Shown piece after piece: positions 9,397 to 16,967 of a DNA stretch of 64,000 nucleotides. The notes below the pieces were generated by a model. That model did no database searches, had not been told where the DNA came from, and saw nothing but the letters and a program-made list of their open reading frames with translations. The number at the start of each line of letters is the position of its first letter. The first letter of the stretch is position 1. The DNA is from a virus (taxonomy: Duplodnaviria > Caudoviricetes): IMG/VR virus record IMGVR_UViG_3300020411_000002; one strand, 5' to 3'. A program made the translations under genes and the position numbers.

Positions 9397-10463
9397 TGAA
9401 GTTACCAGCCAAGTTACCTACTAAAATTCCTACTATTCGGGAAATAAATAAATCTAAGAAATATTTTTTAGGTATTTCTACTTTCTCTGGTGCTGGTGGT
9501 TCTTGTACTGGTCACAAAATGGCTGGTATCGACATTCAGTATGCAAACGAATTTATACCTGCTGCAAAAGAGGTTTATGAGATTAATCATAACTCTTTTT
9601 GTGACGGCTCTGACATTCGTACTGTTAAAGGAAAAGACATTCTTAAACACTTGGGAATTAAGAAAGGTCAACTTCCTTTCATGGACGGTTCGCCTCCATG
9701 TGCATCGTTCTCTACTTCTGGTAAACGTCAAGAAGATTGGGGACAAGAAAAGAAGTACAGTGATACTACTCAACGTACTGATGACCTGTTCTTTGAATAC
9801 GGAAGACTTGTTTCTGAAATTGAACCTTGGGTTTTCTTAGCTGAAAACGTATCTGGTTTAATCAAAGGTGCTGCTCGTGGATACTTCAAAGAGATTACTA
9901 CTTCATTAAAACAGTGCGGTCGTAAAGGTTATACTGTTCAGTGTTTTAGAATTAATGGAAGTTGGTTAGGTGTTCCTCAGAATCGTGAACGTATGATATT
10001 TATCGGCGTTCGTAATGACTTGGTAAAAGCTGCTGGTGTTAAACCTATCGCTCCTATGCCACTTGATAGACAAGTAGCTGTAAAAGAAGTACTTCCACAT
10101 ATTGCTTACATCAAAACTAAAGATGGTGATATGATAAAGTACGTTCCAGCCGATAGACCGTATCCAACTATTATGGCAAGCGATTACAACACTAGTCACA
10201 CTGCACTATTTAGTTCAGGTGGATTTGTAGAAGACAAGAAAGGCACTCAGCGTAAGATGACTGTAAAAGAACTCAAACGCATTTGTACTTTCCCTGACGA
10301 TTATGAAATCACTGGTAGCATTGCTCGTAAGTGGGAGAGACTAGGTCGAAGCGTACCTCCTCTAATGATGTATCACATTACACGTTCTGTAATTGATGGT
10401 ATATTAATTCCAATTGCAGAGCATAAGAAGTTAGATTATACCAAAGGACCTGTTCATGGATAA
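9396..10463 (+). CDS. C5-cytosine methyltransferase homolog, predicted cytosine carboxymethyltransferase
   Basis: Motif I FSGAGG, IV GSPPC, VI AENV, VIII PQNRER; motif X reads GRSVPP instead of GNSV. Confidence 0.9.
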   Translation: MKLPAKLPTKIPTIREINKSKKYFLGISTFSGAGGSCTGHKMAGIDIQYANEFIPAAKEVYEINHNSFCDGSDIRTVKGKDILKHLGIKKGQLPFMDGSPPCASFSTSGKRQEDWGQEKKYSDTTQRTDDLFFEYGRLVSEIEPWVFLAENVSGLIKGAARGYFKEITTSLKQCGRKGYTVQCFRINGSWLGVPQNRERMIFIGVRNDLVKAAGVKPIAPMPLDRQVAVKEVLPHIAYIKTKDGDMIKYVPADRPYPTIMASDYNTSHTALFSSGGFVEDKKGTQRKMTVKELKRICTFPDDYEITGSIARKWERLGRSVPPLMMYHITRSVIDGILIPIAEHKKLDYTKGPVHG

Positions 10464-11229
10464 AGACAACGTAGTTCCACCTGCTAAGTGGGAGTTCAAC
10501 GAAGAAGTAGCTAAATGTTTTGACGATATGTTACAACGGTCAATTCCAAGTTATGAGACAATGCGTTCTCTTACTTGGAACATCATGCATAACTACCATG
10601 TTAAGCAACAGAGCCATGTGCCTGACTTTAACCTGAATCACTTTAGAGGAAGATTCAAGCTTGGTAGCATTCTAGACTTAGGTGCTAGTCGTGGTGAAGC
10701 ACTAAGACCTTTTATTGAATCAGGTCACTATAGCTGTGATGCAATCGAAGTGTCTGAACCTATGCTAGATGTGCTTAAAGAACTGTACGGCGAGTCTGAC
10801 AATGTTAGAATTCACAACATAGATATGCGTAATCCTGAGTTTATTCAGCGCAATACTGATGGTATGCGAAAATCTTTTACCGGCATTCTTAGCATTCTAA
10901 CTATTCAGTTTACGCCTATCGAATATCGTATGGATATTCTACAGGAAATATATGACAGCTTATCAGAGGGCGGTATGTTTATCTTTGTAGAAAAAGTTCT
11001 TGGTAGCGGTGCGCAAATTAACCGTGTAATGGTCAACACTTACCACGACTCTAAGAATGGTAATGGATATAGTCAAGAAGATGTAGAACGTAAGCGCCTA
11101 TCTTTAGAGGGTGTTCTAGTTCCACAAACAGCTAGTGCTAACGAAGAAATGTTAAAGTTAGCAGGCTTCAAACATGTTGACTGTTTTTATAGACACTTAA
11201 ACTTTGCTGGATGGGTGTGTATTAAATGA
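10456..11229 (+). CDS. cmoA: Carboxy-S-adenosylmethionine synthase (CmoA-like)
   Basis: WEFNEEVA.CFDDMLQRSIPSY, LDLGASRG, LTIQF, FVEK, RKRLSLEGV, AGF...LNF follow E. coli CmoA motifs in order. Confidence 0.85.
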   Translation: MDKDNVVPPAKWEFNEEVAKCFDDMLQRSIPSYETMRSLTWNIMHNYHVKQQSHVPDFNLNHFRGRFKLGSILDLGASRGEALRPFIESGHYSCDAIEVSEPMLDVLKELYGESDNVRIHNIDMRNPEFIQRNTDGMRKSFTGILSILTIQFTPIEYRMDILQEIYDSLSEGGMFIFVEKVLGSGAQINRVMVNTYHDSKNGNGYSQEDVERKRLSLEGVLVPQTASANEEMLKLAGFKHVDCFYRHLNFAGWVCIK

Positions 11230-12203
11230 CTAGGAAACGCAAAGCAAGTAAAAGCAAAGACACCGTTATGGTAGACGGTGTTCCTCACGAAGACATTGAG
11301 GGTATGTTAGTTCCTGCGCACTGGAATGAAAACAACAAAAAGAATTGTCGTAAAGTTCGTTCTAGCGTAAAGAAAATGGCAAGCGCACCACCCGACTTAC
11401 GCCATGCTCTTATGGAATCACTATCTTTGTTTGAAGACGATTGCGGTGTTGCATGTTCTGGTGGACTAGATAGTCAAGCAATACTTTGGTCGCTCATTGA
11501 CTTAGGTAAAAAGCCCACTGTATTTAGTGTGTGCTTCGAACATCAGATTAGCTCTGACTTCTTATCTGCTAAACAAACTGCTGAATATTTTGGTCTAGAG
11601 TTTGTTCCAGTGTTCATACCTTATGACGCCGACAAGTACTACAAGTTCCTAAAGTATATAATTCATAAGCAAGGAATTACCAGTAAGCCTAGTATAGAAT
11701 GTTTGTATCCAATGATGCTTCTAATCAAAGAAGCAGAAAAGCGTTGCAGCTATTTAGCTTTTGGGCATGGTGGGGATATCTACTACAATCTAGCGCGTAA
11801 AGCAGAAATGTTTGGTAAAGATATTTTGTACGAATCTAGACTAGCTCAGTTTAGAGGTGGTGGAATTACTTACGGCCCTAAAGGTCAAGAAACTATTCTG
11901 ACTAGATATGCGTTGAAGAAAGGCATTTTTGCAATGTTCCCTTATCTGCTAGCTAACGTGTATGCTCAGTTCCAGACGATGACTACTTGGGAAGAAACCA
12001 ACAAACCTCAAAAGCGAATCGTCAGAGAAACATGGCCTCAACACTTAAAGCCATGTAAAGTTAAGAACCACTCAAACATGCAGTTAGGTGATGGGGACAT
12101 ATCTGGAAATCTCGGTAACTTGATTCTAGATAGTGAGTATAATGTAGGCAATTGGAAAAGCCAAGTTGGGGTCTACAATCACATTGCAAAACAAAAAGTG
12201 TAA
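11226..12203 (+). CDS. Asparagine synthetase-like ATP-dependent amide ligase lacking a glutaminase domain
   Basis: PP-loop ACSGGLDS; FGHGGDIYY (cf. SGEGADELFGGY); MFPYL; 325 aa with no Ntn Cys1. Confidence 0.75.
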   Translation: MTRKRKASKSKDTVMVDGVPHEDIEGMLVPAHWNENNKKNCRKVRSSVKKMASAPPDLRHALMESLSLFEDDCGVACSGGLDSQAILWSLIDLGKKPTVFSVCFEHQISSDFLSAKQTAEYFGLEFVPVFIPYDADKYYKFLKYIIHKQGITSKPSIECLYPMMLLIKEAEKRCSYLAFGHGGDIYYNLARKAEMFGKDILYESRLAQFRGGGITYGPKGQETILTRYALKKGIFAMFPYLLANVYAQFQTMTTWEETNKPQKRIVRETWPQHLKPCKVKNHSNMQLGDGDISGNLGNLILDSEYNVGNWKSQVGVYNHIAKQKV

Positions 12204-12206
12204 ATA
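12199..12206 (+). promoter_or_regulatory. TGTAAATA phage promoter motif
   Basis: AAAAAGTGTAAATAG overlapping the stop codon of the preceding gene. Confidence 0.55.
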
Positions 12207-12319
12207 GTAGTTCTGTAAATATTAATTTTATAGAGCAAGCGAGTTAGACAAAGTACCTGCTCGTTTTTAATATCATATCCCAAGAGAAGGGTTTTCTCTA
12301 ACCAACTAAGGAGATCATC

Positions 12320-12352
12320 ATGTTGATGAACAGTGGCGGCGCATTCCAATAA
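12320..12352 (+). CDS. Micro-ORF, peptide MLMNSGGAFQ (copy 1)
   Basis: AAGGAG RBS, 6-nt spacer, ATG, 10 codons, TAA. Confidence 0.6.
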   Translation: MLMNSGGAFQ

Positions 12353-12416
12353 GCGCGTAATCATTCGGGCCCTCGCTTAAAAGAGGTTTTTAACTTTCTT
12401 AACTAAGGAGATCATC

Positions 12417-12449
12417 ATGTTGATGAACAGTGGCGGCGCATTCCAATAA
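12417..12449 (+). CDS. Micro-ORF, peptide MLMNSGGAFQ (copy 2)
   Basis: Identical to copy 1, including the RBS. Confidence 0.6.
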   Translation: MLMNSGGAFQ

Positions 12450-12487
12450 GCGCGTAATCATTTGCACTATACGTAGTGTACTTTAAT

Positions 12488-12513
12488 AAAGGGGACTTCG
12501 TGTCCCCTTTTTT
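12488..12513 (+). terminator. Rho-independent terminator
   Basis: AAA-GGGGAC-TTCGT-GTCCCC-T6. Confidence 0.85.
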
Positions 12514-12571
12514 GCGTTCAATTGTCAAAACTGTAAAGAGACATATATCATTCTTAACTTAACTGGCAACT

Positions 12572-13111
12572 ATGAATCTGTTCAAAGTCTTACACGACCA
12601 AGTTAAAAAGAGTCTTCTTCAAGAGACTAAGCTTAGCGAGGACGAACGCCGTTTATTTCAATGGCAGTTCTTATCTAAAATAGGAAACGTTAACTATCTT
12701 GTTGGTAAAGGTGGTGCTAACACTATGTTCTATAGAGTTGGCGACGTAGGCGATCCTAGTTACTGCTATCCAGAAGAGATTCTTGCTATAATTAAGTCTT
12801 GGTCTAAATCCGAATACTCTGCTTATACTATCGATGTTGATGTGATGGGAACATGTGTAGCAGGACCGTTTGTTAAACTGGAAGAAGCAAAAGACTTTAT
12901 TCCAGATGATTCAAAACGCCCGCACTATATTATCGGTCATAAAACAGATGGTAGCTCAGAAAAAGTATTCATTCTGAAAAAATCGTTACAAGGTCTATCT
13001 TGGGTCAAGTATGATGCTGGACTTGAAACTGCTCCAACTAAGCGAGTACGTAAACGTAAACTCGTAAAGTCTACTTCTGCTAAGCCGAGAAGAACACGCA
13101 AGCATAGGTAA
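12572..13111 (+). CDS. Hypothetical protein with Arg/Lys-rich C-terminus
   Basis: 179 aa; preceded by CTGTAAAGA motif variant. Confidence 0.7.
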   Translation: MNLFKVLHDQVKKSLLQETKLSEDERRLFQWQFLSKIGNVNYLVGKGGANTMFYRVGDVGDPSYCYPEEILAIIKSWSKSEYSAYTIDVDVMGTCVAGPFVKLEEAKDFIPDDSKRPHYIIGHKTDGSSEKVFILKKSLQGLSWVKYDAGLETAPTKRVRKRKLVKSTSAKPRRTRKHR

Positions 13112-13116
13112 ATATT

Positions 13117-13698
13117 ATGGCTGCTCGTAAACCACGCAAATCAGGAATTGCCCGTTCTGGTACAACTGGAACTAAACGTTCTTCTACTCGATCTTCACGC
13201 TCTAAGAATTTCAGAGTATTACCCCTAGTAGAAAACGTAGTTGAACAACCGCCAGAGACGGACTTGTCTCGAAGAGGTTTGAGTCTTCGTAGACTTCTAA
13301 TGAATACACCACGTATTAGAAAAGAAGTAGGTCAGTACGAAGTTACAATTAAAAAGTTTAAGAAGCAGAAAACAAAGACAGGTCTAACTGCTCTTACTGC
13401 AATTGCAAACCACAAAGACCCGTTCATGCCTAACAAGACTGTTAAAGATCGTCCAGTTTATATTATTGGACTTGATTCACAAACTAAGCCTGTTACTAAA
13501 CAAAAGCGCGTGATGGTATCTTGTAATTGCGAAGACTTTGTTTTTCACGGTGCTGAATATGCGTGTGCATTACATGGTGCTGCTAGAATCATTTATGGTA
13601 ACGGCGAACCTGCTCACATGACTAATCCGCACAACGTTCCTTTTCTTTGTAAACATTTAGTTGGATTTTCTCACTACTGTTCTCAGAAAGGTTTATAG
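13117..13698 (+). CDS. SWIM zinc-finger protein
   Basis: VSCNCEDF...CKHL (CxC-xn-CxH). Confidence 0.75.
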   Translation: MAARKPRKSGIARSGTTGTKRSSTRSSRSKNFRVLPLVENVVEQPPETDLSRRGLSLRRLLMNTPRIRKEVGQYEVTIKKFKKQKTKTGLTALTAIANHKDPFMPNKTVKDRPVYIIGLDSQTKPVTKQKRVMVSCNCEDFVFHGAEYACALHGAARIIYGNGEPAHMTNPHNVPFLCKHLVGFSHYCSQKGL

Positions 13699-13700
13699 CT

Positions 13701-13949
13701 ATGGCTTGCTCTGGATGTAGTAGACGAAGACAATCTTTAATGGCTAGCCTAGATCAGGGTCTACGTGTTAGCCAAGAAGTTACTAATCGTATTAAACGCT
13801 TACTTCCTAGTAGTGATAAAAAGTACGACAATATTAAAATAACTGCTGAGGGCGTTATTAAGAAATGCTCTAAGTGTCAAAAAGAATCTGAGCCTGCTGC
13901 TAGTGCTGGTCAGATACCCACACTTTCTTGTGATGATTGTAAGGAATAA
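13701..13949 (+). CDS. Small Cys-rich protein
   Basis: CSGC, CSKC, CDDC. Confidence 0.6.
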   Translation: MACSGCSRRRQSLMASLDQGLRVSQEVTNRIKRLLPSSDKKYDNIKITAEGVIKKCSKCQKESEPAASAGQIPTLSCDDCKE

Positions 13950-13951
13950 AA

Positions 13952-14608
13952 ATGGCAAAAGAAAACCCAAGTCCAGCCCAAACAAATGTGCGTAATGTTC
14001 AATACGTAGTTAGCAATTTGCAATTCATTGTAGAGCAGTTGCGTGAAGATTTAGAAGAAGCTCGTGAGCAACGCTTGGGTGCTCGTGTCAGCCTTAAGCA
14101 TTCTAAAGCAAGTTTGGAACAACACCAAAACCGTATCAAAGAACTTGAAGAGCAACTGACTTCTCTTACAGCTAAGGTCGATCAGGCTCGTTCTCAAAAC
14201 GATATCTATTCACGCAGACTTGAAAGTCTTGTTTGGCATCTAAGTCAGGTTACAGGCAAAGAAGTAGACTCTGAGTACTTGAAAGAAGTCTATGAAATGT
14301 TTGAAGACAACAAGGCTGCAAAGAAGCGCAGAGAAAACCAAGAGTCTGTTCGTGAAGCAGTTCGTGAACAGCAAAACCGTGAAGCCGACATTCCAGATAC
14401 AGTAGCTGAGATAGATAACACTATCAAAGAAGTAGAAGAAGTCGTAGAAGTTTCTTTAGATGAAGAAATGCCTATGTCTACCGTTGACGAAGACGGAAAC
14501 GAAGAAGTTAAAGAAGAGAAGACTCTATCTTCTGATCCAGTCGGCAAACCTAACAAGCCTAGACGTATTAAAAACGCAATGAGTGGTAATACTCGCACTG
14601 GTAATTAA
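13952..14608 (+). CDS. Coiled-coil hypothetical protein
   Basis: Heptad-rich N-terminal half, acidic C-terminal half. Confidence 0.7.
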   Translation: MAKENPSPAQTNVRNVQYVVSNLQFIVEQLREDLEEAREQRLGARVSLKHSKASLEQHQNRIKELEEQLTSLTAKVDQARSQNDIYSRRLESLVWHLSQVTGKEVDSEYLKEVYEMFEDNKAAKKRRENQESVREAVREQQNREADIPDTVAEIDNTIKEVEEVVEVSLDEEMPMSTVDEDGNEEVKEEKTLSSDPVGKPNKPRRIKNAMSGNTRTGN

Positions 14609-14611
14609 AGC

Positions 14612-15670
14612 ATGGCTTTAGTTACTAATCCAGATGAAAACCTTTCTGGTGGACAAATCGAACAAATTCTGGATACCCTTCTATATGAGGTTTTACGCCC
14701 TCTTGTGTATCACAGTACTGTCTTCGATACTCAGATTGTGTATGCATTAAGTTTCATATCGAGAAACAAAAAGCGTAAAATCTCAACGTCAAACTCCCGT
14801 GAAGAAAGCATAGACTACCTATCTCGTGCCTTGATTACTGATGACTTGGATGAAAAGTTCGAGTATATTAAAAAGTCAAAGCTAGAGCGTTCTATGATAT
14901 ACGTATTTGCTACTAACATACTTAGGCACTATTACGATTCTTTCTTTACTTTGTATCAAAACTTTTTAGAGTCAGAGCCTGGAGATAGGCTTGTTCTTAA
15001 ACGAAGACTCAAAGTTATACAAGATAGTCTAGCGTGTCCTACGCGTAGTGACCTGTTTATCTTATTGAATGCAATGCATGATGCTACCAAGCAATATAAT
15101 ACATACGTAGAAAGTATTGTAGCTCAGTACATAAAGATATGCAGCAAGCAGGCTAGTTTCTTTGTTGATACAAATCCAAACAATAACTACGACAGAAAAG
15201 AAGTTAGGCAAAACTTTTTAAAGAACGTAGTAACTGCACTGAATAAATACAACAGTGAACACGGTGCTTTAACCTCGTACATAAAGTTTTGGTTTTTGAA
15301 TGCTCAAACTTGTAGCAACTCAGACCATGAGTACGGTATTGCATATCGTATACCACCACAGCATAAGAAAAAACTTGCTACTGGTGATACAGCTTCTGGA
15401 TTCGATATAAACTTTAGTGTCTCATTAGATGCAACTGTTACGGATGATGAAGGTGAAGAAGTTACTCTATACAACAAAGTAGAAAGTAACGAAACCGTAG
15501 ATTCCAGTCTTGAACATTCTAGATTCTCTGAACTACTTTGTACGCTTGCAAAGAATGTAGACCCTCATGGAATTGGAAGACTGACTCTCGGCATCGATGA
15601 ACACTTTTCAGATGCTGACCTAAATAAAATGAAAAAGCACATGATAAAGCAACATTTACTAAAAGTGTAA
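14612..15670 (+). CDS. Divergent sigma70-family transcription factor
   Basis: ALNKYNSEHGALTSYIKFWF resembles region 2.3-2.4; SVSLDATVTDDEGEEVTL resembles region 3.2. Confidence 0.55.
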   Translation: MALVTNPDENLSGGQIEQILDTLLYEVLRPLVYHSTVFDTQIVYALSFISRNKKRKISTSNSREESIDYLSRALITDDLDEKFEYIKKSKLERSMIYVFATNILRHYYDSFFTLYQNFLESEPGDRLVLKRRLKVIQDSLACPTRSDLFILLNAMHDATKQYNTYVESIVAQYIKICSKQASFFVDTNPNNNYDRKEVRQNFLKNVVTALNKYNSEHGALTSYIKFWFLNAQTCSNSDHEYGIAYRIPPQHKKKLATGDTASGFDINFSVSLDATVTDDEGEEVTLYNKVESNETVDSSLEHSRFSELLCTLAKNVDPHGIGRLTLGIDEHFSDADLNKMKKHMIKQHLLKV

Positions 15671-15704
15671 AGATCATCTGCAATAACTTAATGGAGAAAA
15701 TTTA

Positions 15705-16967
15705 ATGGCTCGTGGATTTGATAATATTAATCCAAACGCAAACAGTAGAGGAGACAAGCTTAAACCTGAAGAAATTTGGGACTTATTTAAGTTTACTGAC
15801 CAAAGTGGTTATGTCTCTGTTCGCTTTTTGCCAACCGATATCTTACCAGTTAAAACACACTGGATTAAAATCTTAGCAGGCAAAGATAAGAAAGAAATCA
15901 AGATTCCAAAAATTTGTATCAGCTTTGATCCAGATAACGAAGCAGTTGCATTAGATGGTACTGACTGTCCTTATTGCAATCTATCACAAGGTCAAGACGG
16001 TGCGTGTCAAACTTCTACTGCTTATTATGCAAACGTTATAGTGCGTGACTTGCAAGAAGATATGCCGCGTAAGCTGCCGCCACACACTAAGAGTGAAAAA
16101 GAAACTGGATACAAAGATATCAAGTCTCGCTCTTGGACTCCTGTTCGAGTTGTACGTTTACCAGCAGGTCTTGCGGGTAAGATTCAAGAAATGCGTGAGC
16201 GTAACAAAGACAAGAAAGGCAACATGTATCCTGTATCTCATGAAGAGTACGGAATTGACATTGCTATCAAGTTTGATGACAGTAAATCAGGTACGGACAA
16301 GTATCAAATCGATAAAGAAGAGCGCTCTCCTTTAGACGACGAAGAGTTAGACTATCTAACTTATGATTTAAGCGTTGAGTGTATTGATATGCTTGGTCGT
16401 GAAAGTCAGGAACAGGCTGACACCGAATTTAAACGTCTTGATATTGTCGGTGAAGATGAAATCGAAGATGATGAAGACGATGAAGAAGATGATTTACCTC
16501 GTCGTAGTAAGAAAGGCAGTAAAGGTCGTCGCCGTGCATCAGTAGATGACGAAGATGAAGAAGATGAAGAAGATGATGAAGAAGATGATCTTCCACGTAG
16601 TCGTAGAGGTAAAAAGTCTTCTAGCCGTCGCTCTCGCCGCAGTTCAATTGATGAAGACGATGACGAAGATGAAGACGAAGACGAAGACGAAGAAGAGTCT
16701 CGTAGCTCTCGCCGTAGTAAACGTTCTTCTTCACGATCTAGCCGTCGCAGCCGTCGCAGTGAGCCAGAAGATGACGAAGATGAAGACGAAGATGATGAAC
16801 CTCGTTCTAGACGTAGTAAACGTTCTTCGACCAAGACTTCTAGCAGTAGAAGACGACGCGCACCTGTAGACGAAGAAGAAGATGAAGATGATGAACCTCG
16901 TTCTCGCCGTTCTCGTACATCTTCTAAGACTCGTTCAAGCTCTCGTTCTCGTTCTCGTAGACGATAA
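15705..16967 (+). CDS. T4 gp32-like single-stranded DNA-binding protein with long D/E and R/S tail
   Basis: VRFLP, HWIK, CPYC, YYANVIVR motifs; directly upstream of RecA. Confidence 0.7.
   Translation: MARGFDNINPNANSRGDKLKPEEIWDLFKFTDQSGYVSVRFLPTDILPVKTHWIKILAGKDKKEIKIPKICISFDPDNEAVALDGTDCPYCNLSQGQDGACQTSTAYYANVIVRDLQEDMPRKLPPHTKSEKETGYKDIKSRSWTPVRVVRLPAGLAGKIQEMRERNKDKKGNMYPVSHEEYGIDIAIKFDDSKSGTDKYQIDKEERSPLDDEELDYLTYDLSVECIDMLGRESQEQADTEFKRLDIVGEDEIEDDEDDEEDDLPRRSKKGSKGRRRASVDDEDEEDEEDDEEDDLPRSRRGKKSSSRRSRRSSIDEDDDEDEDEDEDEEESRSSRRSKRSSSRSSRRSRRSEPEDDEDEDEDDEPRSRRSKRSSTKTSSSRRRRAPVDEEEDEDDEPRSRRSRTSSKTRSSSRSRSRRR

Larger units (their letters stand above)
12304..12462 (+). repeat. Two exact 62-nt direct repeats separated by 35 nt
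   Basis: AACTAAGGAGATCATCATG...TAAGCGCGTAATCATT at 12304-12365 and 12401-12462. Confidence 0.95.

Noticed and set aside
10456-11229. CmoA as a tRNA cmo5U modification gene
   Set aside because: No CmoB partner is in the window, and the gene is coupled to a DNA MTase with the GRSV motif; a tRNA role cannot be fully excluded.
12304-12462. Mini CRISPR array (two repeats with a 35-nt spacer; Cas4-like gene about 5 kb upstream)
   Set aside because: The repeat is 62 nt, non-palindromic and contains an RBS plus ORF; there are only two copies and no cas1/cas2 or effector. Solo Cas4-like nucleases are common phage exonucleases.
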